From Octopus sinensis (taxonomy: Eukaryota), in contig NC_043011.1 of the NCBI RefSeq assembly GCF_006345805.1, positions 54,696,464 to 54,760,463 on the forward strand: a DNA stretch of 64,000 nucleotides. The letters run 5' to 3'. Within the stretch, counting starts at the first letter, position 1. The number at the start of each line of letters is the position of its first letter. The notes beneath the pieces are model-generated. The model was not told the DNA's origin. It made no database searches and was given only the letters and a program-made list of their open reading frames with translations. Of the stretch, positions 25,801 through 41,000 are shown one piece after another. The position numbers were made by a program, and so were the translations under genes.

Positions 25801-28800
25801 ACTTTAAAATTTCTTACCGTAAATCCTTGAGTATAGTCCGCCCTTGAGTATAATACGCAGGGGGATTTTTAGGGAGATGTACCTCTGAAAAACCTAAACC
25901 TTGTGTATAATACGCACCCTTTCTCTAACTTAAGTCGTGCGTAATGAAGCCAGCAGCACCTGATCGAACAAACACTTCCACACATGCGTAATACAATAAT
26001 GGTGATGTTCTTAACTGTTATATGGGAATGTAAATATGTTTGCAAATTGTTTTTGTTACATGTTATACTGTGTTCTGAATACTTTTATTTTAATAAATGT
26101 TGCTTACTGCAAGTTATGGATGATTCTTTTATGACTTCATTGCTTTCAGGCTTAGCTTAAGGTATTTTCATGCCCGACATCACAAAATGCGCCTGAATAA
26201 ACATTGCCGGACAGCAAATGGAGACTAGGACATTGCTTAGAAAATATTTTTCATTTTTAACCTCGTATATAGTACGCACTAGGGATTTTGACTGTTAAAT
26301 TTTGGGGAAAAAATGCAGATTATACTCAAGGATTTATGGTACTTTCATTTTGAATGATAAATAATTCAAAACAAACCGTTTAGCAGGAAGATTGACGCCT
26401 GCCGCCAATGTTGAGGTACAAGCTAATAAACACAGAATGTTAGATGAGTATGCATCTTCTATCAACCTCCGTTCATCACTTGTAAGCCCGCTGTGGTGGT
26501 AAGCAATACCAAAAGGAATTGTTTGTGCTAATACTGGGCACAAATGGCCATTGTTGTCAGCTTTCAAATCTTTCAGCAGTTGCTTTTTTTGAGATTTGTG
26601 AATATCTAAGAAGTTCCTGCAAATAGAGATGGCCAAGATATAGAAGAAAGGAAAAGACATTAGCTGCATTTAACAAAAAGATGTTCCATTAACCAATGAG
26701 GGAATTTTAGCTGCTTCACTAAAAGGAAGCACCGTCTTTAGAATGAAAACTGCAGGCTTATAGCACCAAACCAGAAGACTAACTTAGCTAGAAATACTAA
26801 TAAAATGAATCATATGGAAGAGTATGGAAGAGAATGATGGCTGAAATGGGGTTCCTCAAAAGGATCTTTGGAGTAACATTACTTGACAGAGATTGGGGAG
26901 CAGCTACTTCTCCACACTGAAAGGTCACAGCTCTGGCACTATGGACACATGATGAGAATATCACAGAAAAGAATTGCAGGATCCTTTTCTGTTTGGCTGC
27001 CACTTTTTCAATTTCCTCAATTTCTGTTCCAATTCATTTCATATTAGGTGTAATGGTGTAGTTTTGTATGCTAATCATTGACATATAGTAAATCCAAACA
27101 AAACGATGAACAAACACAAAAAAATAACAATGCAAGGACGTGGTACATGTGAAGTATTAGCAGATGCTCAGGGAAGGAAAGAAAGGTGGTTTTATGTTTC
27201 GAGTAAAGCTCTTCTTCAGAAACAGAGGAAAGTCCAATAGAAAAGGAAGACAGAGGTAAATATATATATATATATATATATACATGCATATACACATATA
27301 TACATACACACGCACACACACACATACATATATATAGATATATATCTACACACATGCACATATATACATTTGTGTGTATGTGTATCTTTGTGTTTGTCCC
27401 TCCAACATCACTTGAATACCAGTGTTGGTTTGTTTATGTCCCTGTAACTGAACAGTTTGAGAAAAGAGTTTAACTGAATGAGCACCAGACTTTAAAATCA
27501 AGCACGGGGGCCAATCTGTTCAACTAAACACTGCAAGGCTGTATCCCAGCATGGCCGCAGTCCAATGACTAAAACAAGCAAAACGTAAAATATAAATCAA
27601 AATGATATAAAGACATTGGATACCTTTTATATTTGGCCAACATTTTGGTCAGCATGGTGGCCACATTTTCACAGTTTTTCTTTGTGGAACAAAACACCAG
27701 ACAGGAGTTGTCAGGAATGACTTCCAATACAAGACCCAGCAGATGGTCAGGATCTATTTTGCACATTTCTTTTTTGTACTGAAATAAGGAAAAATACAAG
27801 AATCTTTAACCCTTTAGCATTGAGGTTATTCCGTCAATGTGTAATGCTTATTTATTCATTGCTTTGAAATTTATTATACATCACCTTATAGCTTCAAGAT
27901 TTCGGTGATGAAGTTGTTTACTTTTAGAATGGCGTTGTAGGGTGGATGCAGGATTCCAGCTCTAGTTGGTTTGGACATAAAACAGGTGGAATGTGGTAGC
28001 TGGACATGACCATTTTCAATACTAAAGGGTTGAAAAAAATATCAAGAGGTTCAAGCTGGTCGGCCGAGTTGCTTTCCACCATGATGCTGTGCCTTGAATG
28101 GAGTTCACAGAGATTGTCGGGTGCCTGGCAGAGACCAACATATAGGCAAAGGTGTGGCTGTGTGGTAAGAAGCTTGATTCCCAACCACATGGTTCCGGGT
28201 TCTGTTCCACCACATGGCACTTTGGGCAGGTGTCTTCTGCTATAGCCTCGGGCCAACCAAATCTGTCTTTTCTGTCTGCTTTAAGGCAGTGAGCTGGCAG
28301 AATCGTTAGCATGCCGGGTGAAATGCTTAGCGGTATTTCGTCTGTCGTTACGTTCCGAGTTCAAATTCCGCCACGGTCGACTCTGCCTTTCATCCTTTCA
28401 GGGTCAATAAATTAAGTACCAGTTACACACTGGGGGCGATGTAATCAACTTAATTCCTTTGTCTGTCCCCTCTATGTTTAGGCCCTTGTGGGCAATAAAG
28501 AAATAAGAAGCTTGCTTCCCAACCACATGGTTCCAGGTTCTGTTCCACTGCATGGCACCTTGGGCAAGTGTGTGTCTTCTACTATAGCCTCAGGCCGACC
28601 AAAGCCTTGTGAGTGGATTTGGTAGACGGAAACTGAAAAAATCCTGCCGTATGTGTAGGCATGTATGTATGTATGTCTATCTATGTGTGTGTGATTTTGT
28701 GTTTGTGTTGTATTTATCCCCCACCACTGCTTGACAGTCAGTGTTGGTTTGTTTACATCTTCATAACTTAACAGTTAGGCAAAAGAGTCTGACAGAATGA

Positions 28801-31800
28801 AATACCAGACTTAAACAACAAAACATGTTTACTGCTCTTGTGAAGTAATTGCAAATCTTCATCTCACCCATCAATGCAGAAAAATGAGAAGAAATTCTCA
28901 TAGGGGTAGGAGTAGCTGCATGTTAAGTAGTTTGCTTATCAACAACATGGTTCGGGGTTCAGTCCCACCATGTAGCACCGAAGGCAAGCGTCTTCTACTA
29001 TAACCTCAGGCTGACCAGGGCCTTGTGAGTGGATTTGGTAGACGGAAACTGAAAGAAGCCCATCGTATATATGTATATGTATATATATATATGTGTGTGT
29101 GTATGTATGTTTGTGTGTCTGTGTTTGTCCCCACAAGGCTGCTTGACAACTGGTGTTTTACATCCCCATAACATAGCAGTTCAGCAAAAGAGACCAATAG
29201 AATAAGTACTAGGCTTACAAAGAATAGGTCCTGGGGTCGATTTGCTCAACTAAAAGCAGTGCTCCAGCATGGCTGCAGTCAAATGACTGAAACAAATAAA
29301 AGAATAGCCCACCTCTAAAGAGGTCAGAGAAATCATTTAAAATTCAGTTACCAAATTTTTTTTGTTTTAAATGTGTAAAACAAAATACAAAAATTAATAA
29401 CAAACCTGAAATGTGGCCACTCTGTTATGAACTAGGATCTCTTCGGAAAATTTTGGACACACACGATAGATATTGTCATCAAGCTTGATGTATTCAGTGA
29501 GTGTAACCTTTTTTAAAAAACAAAATATAGTAGATCAAAAAATAAATGAGAAAAGATTAAGTTTAGAGACCACTGCTCCTCCACTTCCCCTCTACACGCA
29601 CACACATAAACAAGAGGTCAAATCTTACCAGTAAAGCCATAGTGGTATGTCCCTGGACAATAATTGGTATGTAACTCAGATTATATTTTCTTAATGTATG
29701 TTTAAGCGGCATTGACCGTGGACTCAAATGTGCTGGAGCAATGCTATGTACTGGACTATATGAGAATAAATACTTATTTATCTCACACATGTGCGTACTT
29801 TATGTAACCAAAAGAAAGGTAACAACCACTGGGGGATTGGGGAACGAGGAAAGAAGAATTATAAGATTGAGATCTCTCTCAAGGTTTTAAAATGAATAAC
29901 ACAGCTACACACGTTAATCAGATACAGGATAGATTCCATTTTTTCCCTCCCTTTTGAGCTTATTTTATTTTACAGATTTTTTTTTTTCGTAGATTAAGAG
30001 CAGGTATGGCTGTGTGGTAAGAAGATTCCTAAACACATGGTTCCAGGTCCAATCCCACTGCGTGGCACCTTGGAGACAAGTGTCTTCTACTATAGTCTTG
30101 GCCAACTGAAGATTTGTGAATGGATTTGATAGACAGAAACTGAAAGGAGCCCATCATGTGTGTGAGTGTGAGTGAGTGCTTGTCATCACCCCCACTAACA
30201 ACCATTTGACAACCAGTGTTAATGTGTTGATATCCCTGTAACCTAGCGGTTCACCAGAAAGGAACCAACAGAATAAGTACCAGGCTTAAAAATTAAAGTA
30301 AGCCCTGGGGTCAATTCATTCACCAAAAATTTCAAGACAGTGCCCCAGTGTGGCTGAAACAAGTAAAGGAAAAGATAAAAGCTACTGGAAGCTGGATGTT
30401 TGTTGAAATTCTGTTTTCTGGATATGATTATCACTGGAATTATATAAGATTTTCGTAGAGTTTACAATCGTCTGCACCTCTCAAATCAACACCCTTTCCC
30501 CATCCTCCCACTCCTCCTCTGCCACCATCCTTGATCGAAATATACATGAGTTCACTCCCTTGGCAACTCATAATGAACTTCCTTCTTAGTATATAAATAC
30601 AATAAGGCGGCGAGCTGGCAGAACACCAGGTGAAATGCTTAGCAGTATTTCGTCTGCCGTTACGTTCCGAGTTCAAATTCCGCCGAGGTCGACTTAGCCT
30701 TTCATCCTTTCAGGGTCGATTAAATAAGTACCAGTTACGCACTGGGGTCGATGTAATCGACTTAATCCCTTTATCTATCTTTGTTTGTCCCCTCTATGTT
30801 TAGCCCCCAGTGGGCAATAAAGAAATGAATATACAAATATGATATCTGGGTGTGCCTCTTTCTGCCCCCACATGGGCATATATATGCATGGGAATGGGTA
30901 CACCTTGCTCAGAGTTGCACTAAACACTAATTGAGATGTTGTAGCCTTGTTTACACGGCCCTAACTTCAGTGGTTTGGCAAAAGGGACCAATACAATAAG
31001 CACCAGGCTTAAAATAAATACCAGGATCACTCGTTCAATTAAACCCTTCGTAAACCCTTCAAGGCAGTGCCCCAGTATGGCCAGAGTCTAGTGACGGAAA
31101 TGAGTAAAAGATGAAAGATATTACTCACAGGTCGAAAATCATTCGTGTAAAGCTCTGCCTTCAGGAACGTCTTCAAGTCACTGATGTTGCTTAATGTGGC
31201 GCTCATACCAATTATTTGGCAGGAGTCTGTAAGAAGGAAAACCAACCATCAACAACAACATCAACAACAATATGTAGCAGATGACAAACGACAACAGCAA
31301 AATTTCTTTCAACTAGAAACAGTCAAATCATTTTTCCTACTTTGGATGTTTTGCAAACAACTTGCACGTGCAAGTGGTACCAATCGAAAGCCCCGCATAC
31401 AGGAAGCCAGCATGTGTGTGGGGGTCACCAGGAGAGAATGCATGCTGTTTCAGGGCCTACCTCTCAACAGCATCATTGCGCACTGGTTCCCCTCAGATAT
31501 GAGGCCCCACTTGCTAGATCAACTGGTTATCAAATAAAGCTCAATAGAGATGCAGGGTTAGTTGTGTGGTAAGTAGCTTGCTTCCCAACCACATGGTTCC
31601 GGGTTCAGTCCCACTGCGTGGCACCTTGGGCAAGTGTCTTCTACTATAGCCTTGGGCCGACCAAAGCCTTGTGAGTGGATTTGGTTGACAGAAACTGAAA
31701 GAATCCCGTGGTATATATACATATATGTTTGTGTGTGTGACTGTGTTTGTTCACCCAGCATTGCTTGACAACCGATGCTCGTGTACTTACGTTCCCATAT

Positions 31801-34800
31801 CTTAGTGGTTTGGCAAAAGAGTCCGATAGAATAAGTACTAGGCTTACAAAGAATAAGCCCTGGGGTCAATTTGTTTGACTAAAGGTGGTGCTTCAGTAAA
31901 AGAATAAAAGGAAAAGAATTCTTCTAGCCATCACTCATCGTCTCTTTTTAACCAAATCCAGTGGCTAGCCTTTTCCACTGTAGTTTGGATATCAGTCATG
32001 GTGGTATTTACAATAAAGTTGAGTTAGGCCTAATGATAACAACAGTCACCTCACACTGTGTCAAACAAAACCTCTACATCCGACTTCAATTGGAAAATTT
32101 TACACTTTAATCTGTATATATAAAAGGCAGGATGTGGGTGTGTGTGTGTGTGTGTGTACTTGAATGTAATTTATGCACGTCTACAAATTAGCACTATGTT
32201 GCTCCAATTTTAGGAGGACATTCGTTATGACCCTAGCTGTATTTTTGTCTACTTATTTTTCCCAGATGCACAAGCGGATAGCAGTAAAAATAAATTTTCA
32301 ACCAAAACTTTTAAGAATTTTCAAGTCGGAGAAATCACCATTGTTTGCAAACAGGAGTTAAGTCCCCTTCTAGCGACGAGTAAGTTTTCGTTAAGACTTT
32401 TGTTGTTTTTTTTTCCATTGAGGAAAAAAGTGTTTTGTTGATATACGGGCAACACACACACATACACACACACGCACAAACATGTATGCAATAGGTGTAT
32501 GTAATATATATATATATATATATAAACCAATTTAAATGTATTTTGCCCAAATTTGATACTGATGTTACTTAGTTTGGTTTGAAATAAAGAACTTGATAAG
32601 CTTAATAATCCTAACTTAATCCCGGACAAAGCCAGGTTATACTGCTAGTATACTCTAAATCATTATCCTGTATTTTATTGTAAGTCAATATTAACAAAAT
32701 TTAGGACGATGAACTGCTAGAAAGAAGAGTTGACATGTCACAAAAGATGCATTGCACCATTTCTTCAAATTTGACATTTTGAGTTTAAATTCCACCAAAG
32801 TCAACTTTGCCTTCCGTCCTTTCGGGGTCGATAAAATAAGTACCAGTTAAGCACTGGGGTCAATGTAATTGACTTACCCCCCCCCCACCAGAAATTACTG
32901 GCCTTGTACCAACATTTGAAACCAATATTAAGAAAATTTATAGATCAAAACAATTATGGTGTCAGTGGTGGTGGTGGTGGTGGTGGTGGTGGTGGTGGTG
33001 GTGGTGGTATCCAAAAGAAAAGTTCCTACCTGGAATGACAGGCTTTTCTCCTTCGTCACAGTAAATTAATTTATTCTACTTTTGAAATGTTTCTGCTCAC
33101 TAATTGCTGAAATAGGTCAACACTAGTCTCCTCTGATCCTATTGATCTCCTTAATGTATAATAATGCCATAAAACCATAAGAATGTACTTCAATAGTTCA
33201 AGTCGAAGTTACTTACATCCATAACTTAAAGTTTTAATTAAAGTTGCTTCCAGCACAGCACCTCTGCGCCCACCTTCACCCAACATGTGCAGCTGAAACA
33301 GAAAGTTGAAATTTTCTTATATTAAATATATTTTACAGAAAATTCTAGATTAAAATCTACATATTTTGAATCAGTGCTTCATTGAGATAGTTGCTACAGT
33401 ACTTGACAACAAACCAAGAGGTCATTGGTTCATATTTCATCGAACCTGGGTTCTCATTCCCACAGGCATACAGCATAGTGGTTAAGAGTATGGGCTACTA
33501 ACCCCAAGATTTCAAGTTCAATTCCGGGCAGTGACCTGAATAATAATAATAATAACAACATCATCGAAAAATACCTTAGGAATGAGAACCCAAGTTTGAA
33601 ATTTCCTCAAGACACCTGATGAAGGCTGGAGGGTATATCAGCCGAAATGTTGTGTTAATAACAAACAAGATGAGGACAAATATCCGTCAAATGTAAATAA
33701 TATCCATAAGCATGTTTAACTCTTTCATTACCAACCCGGCTAAACCCGGCTCAGGCTCTGAGTACAAATGTCTTGTTTTCATAAGTTTTGAATTAAAATC
33801 TTCCACCAAACCTTAGTCACAATTTATGTTCCTAACACTAGCTGAATGATAACTAAGTTATTTTACTAAATTCTTTGTTATATTTAAAGTAATTGAAAGA
33901 CATACAGAGCATCTCAAAATAAATACAGTAACGGAAGTGTTAAGCATTTTTACATTTTGTCAAATATAATCATGAACATACACATCATAATTACCATTGC
34001 TTAACCCCTTACCCAACAATTATTTTGAAAATAAATGTATTTTTTCAGACATATTTTTTAATTGTTTTATTTTACTATGATTTTGGCGAGTCTATCTTTT
34101 AACGAGTTAACTCGCCAGAGATAGAAAAAAACGATTTCGGTCAAGACGCATATATTCGTTTCTGCCGGGTAAGGGGTTAAATAAATTTTTTTTTAAAATT
34201 AACAACAAACAAAATCCTTACTTCATCAACAACCATCAATCCCAATTTGCCCATTCGATTCAGTTCAATAAATTGATTGATCAAACTGTGGGCTTTCTCA
34301 ATGGTTGCAATATACAGGGTTCCCTTCTGGTGACGATTAAGTGGTGGGTATCGACCTTTGCTCCCTGCATACTCTTCTACATGGAAGTTCAGTTCAACAG
34401 CCAGTTCTGCAATGGTCTTCACCTGGGTTGAAAGACAACAAATGAGGATTATGGACTTATTTCTATCCTTAGATAGCTGAAACAATAGACTTCTAAACTT
34501 TAAAAGCATTATTCACAGCAACATCGGGTGCACCCACCTCCTTTGTTTTATTATATTCTATAATAAGTAATAAATTACTAACATGTCTGCATTGGTATTC
34601 ATAGAATCTTTAAATTAATGCAGATATTAAGCAAGGATAAGTGCATGTGTAGATATGTATATATGCATGTGTACATGAGTGTGTGTGTGTTTGTGTGTTT
34701 GTGTGTGTGTGTGTTTGTGTATGTATGCATGTTGTGCGTGTAGTGTGCGCAAGTGTGTGTAGTAAATATAAAGCAAACAAGGTATCATCATCATCATCAT

Positions 34801-37800
34801 CATCGTTTAGCATCCGCTTTCCATGCTGGCATGGGTTGGACGGTTCAACTGATGTCTGGGAAGCCAGAAGGCTGCACCAGGCTCCAGTCTGATTTAGCAA
34901 TGTTTCTACGGCTGGATGCCCTTCCTAACGCCAACCACTCCGAGAGTGTAGTGAGTACTTTTTACATGCCACTGGCACAGGTACCAGGGGAAGCTCACGA
35001 TCGGATGGTGCTTTTTACATGCCACCGGCACGGAGGCCAATGATAAAGTGAGGGTCAGTGTATGACACCTAAAATACAAAAGTGATAATGATGATAGTGA
35101 AATTATCAGACCACTAGCATACATTGGTGGGGAGGTAGGGGCAGTCCACTCTGGGTGGCACTTTTGGGTCTGGTATAGGCAATATGTGTTTTTTGCGGGA
35201 TCCAGGAGCAGCAAATGGAAGAGCCACCCCGGGTTGTACACACCCTGGCTACACTAGTGCATTAGACATAATATGGGATGATTTTGATAATAAATATTTG
35301 TGGTCAGACTTTACCTTTTCTTGTACGATTGAAACGTAAGGTAGGACTAACATGGCATTTTTCTTCTGGCACAGCAACTGACGAAGAATGAGTATTTCAG
35401 CAACAAGAGTCTTGCCACCACTTGTAGGTAAAGAGTAAATGAGATTCTGATTGGTTGATTGTTCAGCCAATGACAAACACTCCTCCTGCCAATCTAAGAT
35501 GAAGACATAAATAAACTGGTTTTGATAAAAATTGATCGGAATGTACATGGTGTTTACAATTGTTCCTCAACAAAACAGCCAATGGTTTAACAAACACACA
35601 TGCAATCATAAACACATACACACACACACACACACACATATGCATACTATTTGGTTTCTGTCAACTTTTGGTCAGCCCCTTGCTATTGGTGACACATGAA
35701 AAGCACCATTCAAGCATGATCGTTGCCAGCATCCCCTTACCAGCACATGTGCCGGTGGAATGTAGAAAGTAACTTTCGAACGTGGTCCTTGCCAGTGCCA
35801 CCGAACTGGCTCCCGTGCAGGTAGCACATAAAAACACCTTTTGAGCGTGGTCGTTGCCAGAACCGCCTGACTGGCCCTCATGCCAGTGGCACGTAAAAGC
35901 ACCCACTACACTCTTGGAGTGGTTGGCATTAGGAAGGGTATCCAGCTCTAGAAACTCTGCCAGATCAGATCGGATTGAGCCTGGTGCAGCCTGTGGCTCA
36001 CCATTCCTCAGTCAAACTGTCCAACCCATGCCAGCATGGAAAGCAGACGTTAAACGATGATGATGATGATGACTGAAAGAAGGGATAAGTATAGACAAAT
36101 ATAGAAGCAGAGGACATGCAAAGGTTAGAGAAGAATGAGGCTAGTATGCTTCACAGGATGTGTGCATATTCAACAGGGTACTAGCATATTGAGAGAGAAG
36201 TTAGGCCCAGGAGGAATTAGATGCTGTGTGCAAGAGAGAAGACTGCACTGGTTTGGTCATGTAAAGCAGATGGATGCTGACAGTTCCATAAAGAAGTGCC
36301 AATCCCTCAAAGTAGATGGAACACTTGGAAGTGGAAGACCCAGGAAGACATGGGATGAAGAACGACCTCATGATGCTGAACCTTTCAGGTGAGATAACAA
36401 ATGACTGAGATACCTGGAACCTTACTGTACTCAAGAAGATCCATATTCTGCAGTAGAAGTGTTAAGGTCAGATTCCCCAGTGGTGAGGATTGACCTGCAA
36501 GAGTTCTCTGCTGGTGTCATGTAAAATCACCCATGTGACACCATGTAAAAGTGCCTGTGCAGTGCCACATAAAAGGCCCCATGTGGTGCTATGTAAAAGC
36601 ACCTGGTGCACTCTGCAAAGTGGCTGGCATTAGGAAGGGCATCCAGCTGTAGAAAGCCTGCCAGATCAGACTGGAGTGTGGTGCAGCTCCCCCACTTGAC
36701 AGCTCTGGTGAAACCATCCAACCCATGCCAGCATAGACAACGGATGTTAAATGATGGTGATGGTGGTGGTGGTGGTGATAAATAATCATAGAATTCAGTG
36801 TTTCATGCATGACATGGCTGTTTGTGTAATGCTAGGATGGAGAAGAGAAATCTAAAGTTTTTCACAAGTTGAATCTGCATCTCAACAAGTCTGTGAGATG
36901 AAGATGGCTTTGCTTATGAAGTCTTCAGTATTTCTAGCATTTTTGATAGCATCTGAATGTGCACATGTTGTGTGCGTGTGTATGGATGCATGTGCACATG
37001 TGTGTGGGGGGTGGATGTGTGTGTGTGGATGTGTGTGTGTGGATGCATGTGTGTGGATGTGTGTGTATGTATGGATGTGTGTGTGTGTATATGTGTGCGT
37101 GCGTGTGTGTGTGTTTGTCTGTCTGTGTCTGTCCCCACAACATCGCTTGACAACCGATGCTGGTGTGTTTATATCGCAGTAACCTAGTGGTTCAGCAAAA
37201 GACACCAACAGAATAAGTACTTGGCTTACAAAGAATAAGTCCTGGTGAATATTTGCTCAACTAAAGGTGGTGCTCCAGCATGGCCACAGTCAAATGACTG
37301 AAACAAGTAGGAGAGTAAAAGAATAACAGAAAATCAACAGAGTCTTGACTCACCATAAAGTTTCTTGATGCCTCTCTGCTTCTCAAAGAGTTCTTTGACT
37401 TTCAAAGGAAGACCATAGAATGGGCCGATATCAAAATTGCCAAGGCCCGTTTCCTTCTCTTTCTGCACAATTTCAAGATCTGCTTCTGCTTCAGCTCGCC
37501 TATCATGTTGCATTTTCTCAACGTATTTAGCAATGTTTTGTGAAATGTGTCCCTGAGCATTCTGGAATAGGCGCTGGTGGATGCGTTTCTTTAGAAAAGA
37601 TGTACCCGTGGTCTTTGGATTTGGAGAAGTTTTGGAATTTATGTCATCTTCCTTAGAAAGGACACTTTCTTCCTAAGCAATTTGAAAACAAAGATTATGA
37701 TTCAAACACGATAAGGACAAATATCCGTCAAATGTAAATAATGTGCAAATAATATGAGTTGAGAAAAAATATCATCATCATCATCGTTTAATGTCCACTA

Positions 37801-38018
37801 TTCTATGCTTGCAATGGGTCAGATGGAGTTTATTTGAGGCAGATTTTCTTGCAGCTGGATGCCCTTCCTGTTGCCAACCCTTGTCTGTTTCCAAGTAAGG
37901 TAAGATTTTCCCATGGCCAGACATCCTTGCAGAATATTGGAACTGAATGTAACTGCTTGAATGAAACTGTCACTTATTTACAACTAAGACAATGTCAAGA
38001 CAAGGAGACACAAACACA

Positions 38019-38053
<35 letters not shown>

Positions 38054-41000
38054 GTGTGTGTATGTGTATATGTATGTATGTATGTGTGTGTATGTGTGTA
38101 TGTATGTATACATGTATGTGTGTATGTATGTATGTATGTATGTATGAGTGTATGTGTGTATGTATGTATGTGTGTATGTGTGTATGTATGTATACATGTA
38201 TGTATGTATGTATGTATGTATGTATGTATGTGTATGTATGTATGTGTGTATGTATGTATGTATGTATGTATGTATGCATGTATGTATGCATGTATGTATG
38301 TGTACATGTATGCATGTATGTATGTATGTATGTGTGCATGCATGCATGCGTGTGTGTCTGTATTTAAAAGTTCTAGCAAAAGAATACTTGATACAGTCAT
38401 AATGTTTAAAGAAGGATTTTCTTAAAAGTTTTAATTGTTTAAAATAATTTTTTGAGCAACAGTAAAGTGCTGACACACAATACAAAAACTAATTTCCAAA
38501 AGGTTTGTGTCGTTTTGCTTTTCAAAAAACATTTTGAAATAATAATTTTCAAGAAACTCTTTCTTAAAATTATATATATACATTTTTTTATTCTTTCTTT
38601 CTAGGCGCAGGAGTGGCTGTGTGGTAAGTAGCTTGCTTACGAACCACATGGTTCCGGATTCAGTCCCACTGCATGGCACCTTGGGCAAGTGTCTTCTACT
38701 ATAGCCTCGGGCCGACCAAAGCCTTGTGAGTGGATTTGGTAGACGGAAACTGAAAGCAGCCCATCATATATATGTATATGTATGTGTGTGTGTATATGTT
38801 TGTGTGTCTGTGTTTGACTCCCTAACATCGCTTGACAACCGATGCTGGTGTGTTTACGTCCCAGTAACTTAGAGGTTCAGCAAAAAAGACTGATAGAATA
38901 AGTACTAGGCTTACAAAAAATAAGTCCTGGGGTGGATTTGCTCGACTAAAGGTGGTGCTCCAGCATGGCCACAGTCAAATGACTGAAACAAGTAAAAGAG
39001 TCAAGGAGTAATGAAGGTAATCACACTAGACACACCTGATAATGCATTTTATAGAAAACCTTTCTCACCTTTGAAGAATTTTTGATTTGTTTCTCCTCCT
39101 GATTCTTGAAATGATTCTGTGACTTCTTTTTGATTTCAAAATCATCATTTCCAAAGATTGAATCTAACATTGTTGAGATTGATGAGGAGAAAATATCCCT
39201 CTGGGAACTACGAGTTGGTGAAAAATGGTCGGCATCAACCGACTCTTTGGAAAGCTTTCTTCGGAAAGGACTGGATTCTGATACTTTTGCACCACTGGTT
39301 TTAGTTGAATCCTTTGCTGGTTTTTGAGGTGGAGACAGACTGAAAAGTTCGGTCGAATAAGTTTTGACCGAGTGAGGAAGATGCTGACCCGAAAAGAGGT
39401 CAGCGCTCTCAGGTTGAGCAATAATTTCATCTGGTGGTGTTTCATATAATCCAGGAACTGGTTTATTTCTTTGGAATTCTTCTGTTCTGTCATTACAGAA
39501 TTTTTTCTGTTGCTGGACGGCATCAGCAGAATGTGTGAGCTGAGCTGTTTGTAGAGCACTTTGCTGCCTGTCATACTGTGTAGTAATTCCAGAAATATCA
39601 AGCTCTGCTAGATCAGCATCACTGTTCTCAAATAAATCTCTCTCGTCATCACAATCACCATCGTCTATTAAAATATCCTGAAAATAAAATAAAACGTTCC
39701 AAAGAAAAGTATGTAAATATTCCTATATGTTAATTTATATTCTAGTGACTACACTATTAACCGTTTAGCATTTAAACCGGTCATACCTGCCAAAATATTC
39801 TTTTCTACTCTAGACACAAGGCCCAAAACTATGGGGGAGGGAACCAGTTAATTAGATTGACTCCAGTACACAACTGGTACTTAATTTATTGACCTCAAAA
39901 GGATGAAAGGCAAAGGTGACCTCGGTGGAATTTGAACTCAGAACGTAAAGACAGACAAAATACCACTAAGTATTTCACCCAGTGTGCTAACGTTTCTTAT
40001 TTCTTTATTGCCCACAAGGGGTTAAACATAGAGGGGACAAACAAGGACAGACAAAGGGATTAAGTCGATTATATCGACCCCAGTGCGTAACTAGTACTTA
40101 ATTTATCGACCCCGAAAGGATGAAAGGCAAAGTTGACCTCGGCGGAGTTTCGACTTGGAATGTGATGACAGAAGAAATACCGCTAAGCATTTCGTCTGGC
40201 GTGCTAACGTTTCTGCCAGCTCACTGTCTGGCCAAAGTATTCTGCCAGATGTATGTTCAAACTGGCCAGATCCAGCCTCTCACACCTACCCAACAGTGAC
40301 ATTCTAACAATAAACAGTTACATCATCAAGCATCTATTTTTCACTGACACAAGAGGCCAAGCAAAAGAAGCTTACCAAGAAGCTCATGATGACCCATTTT
40401 TTCGACAGCAAGAACAGCATCTACATCCACAGAGTTTCTACTCACCAGATGTTCAATAAAAAGTACTTTTATGAAGATTTTGAGGGAATTCAGGAAAAGA
40501 TTTCATTACAAAAGACCAGAGCATCTGAACCAGGACAATGCACCACTCCATGATTCCATCCTAGTAACCAACAACTTGACAGAAATAGGCATCAAATCTG
40601 TCCCTCACCCTCCCTCCAGTCCTAACCATGCTCCCTGTAACTTTTGGTCATTTTCCCAAGATGAGGCAGATGAAGGAGGCTGTGACACCTTTAGACACCC
40701 TTCGGTTTGGAGGACTTCCATGGGGCCTTCATGAAGTGGCCAGAGCACTACAACAAATGCAATGAAGTCATCATATCTTACTTTGAAGGAGATTAGAGTT
40801 TTGTACTTCTTTGAAATTAATAAATTAATTAATTAATTAGGCGTAGGAGTGGCTGTGTGGTAAGTAGCTTGCTTACCAACCACATGGTTCCGGGTTCAGT
40901 CCCACTGCGTGGCATCTTGGGCAAGTGTCTTCTACTATAGCCTCGGGCCAACCAAAGCCTTGTGAGTGGATTTGGTAGACGGAAACTGAAAGAAGCCTGT

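Noticed and set aside
37834-38485. Cys/Val/Tyr/Met and His/Thr-rich ORFs (also 10747-11218, 36882-37208)
   Set aside because: They are microsatellite translations with no splice or domain support.
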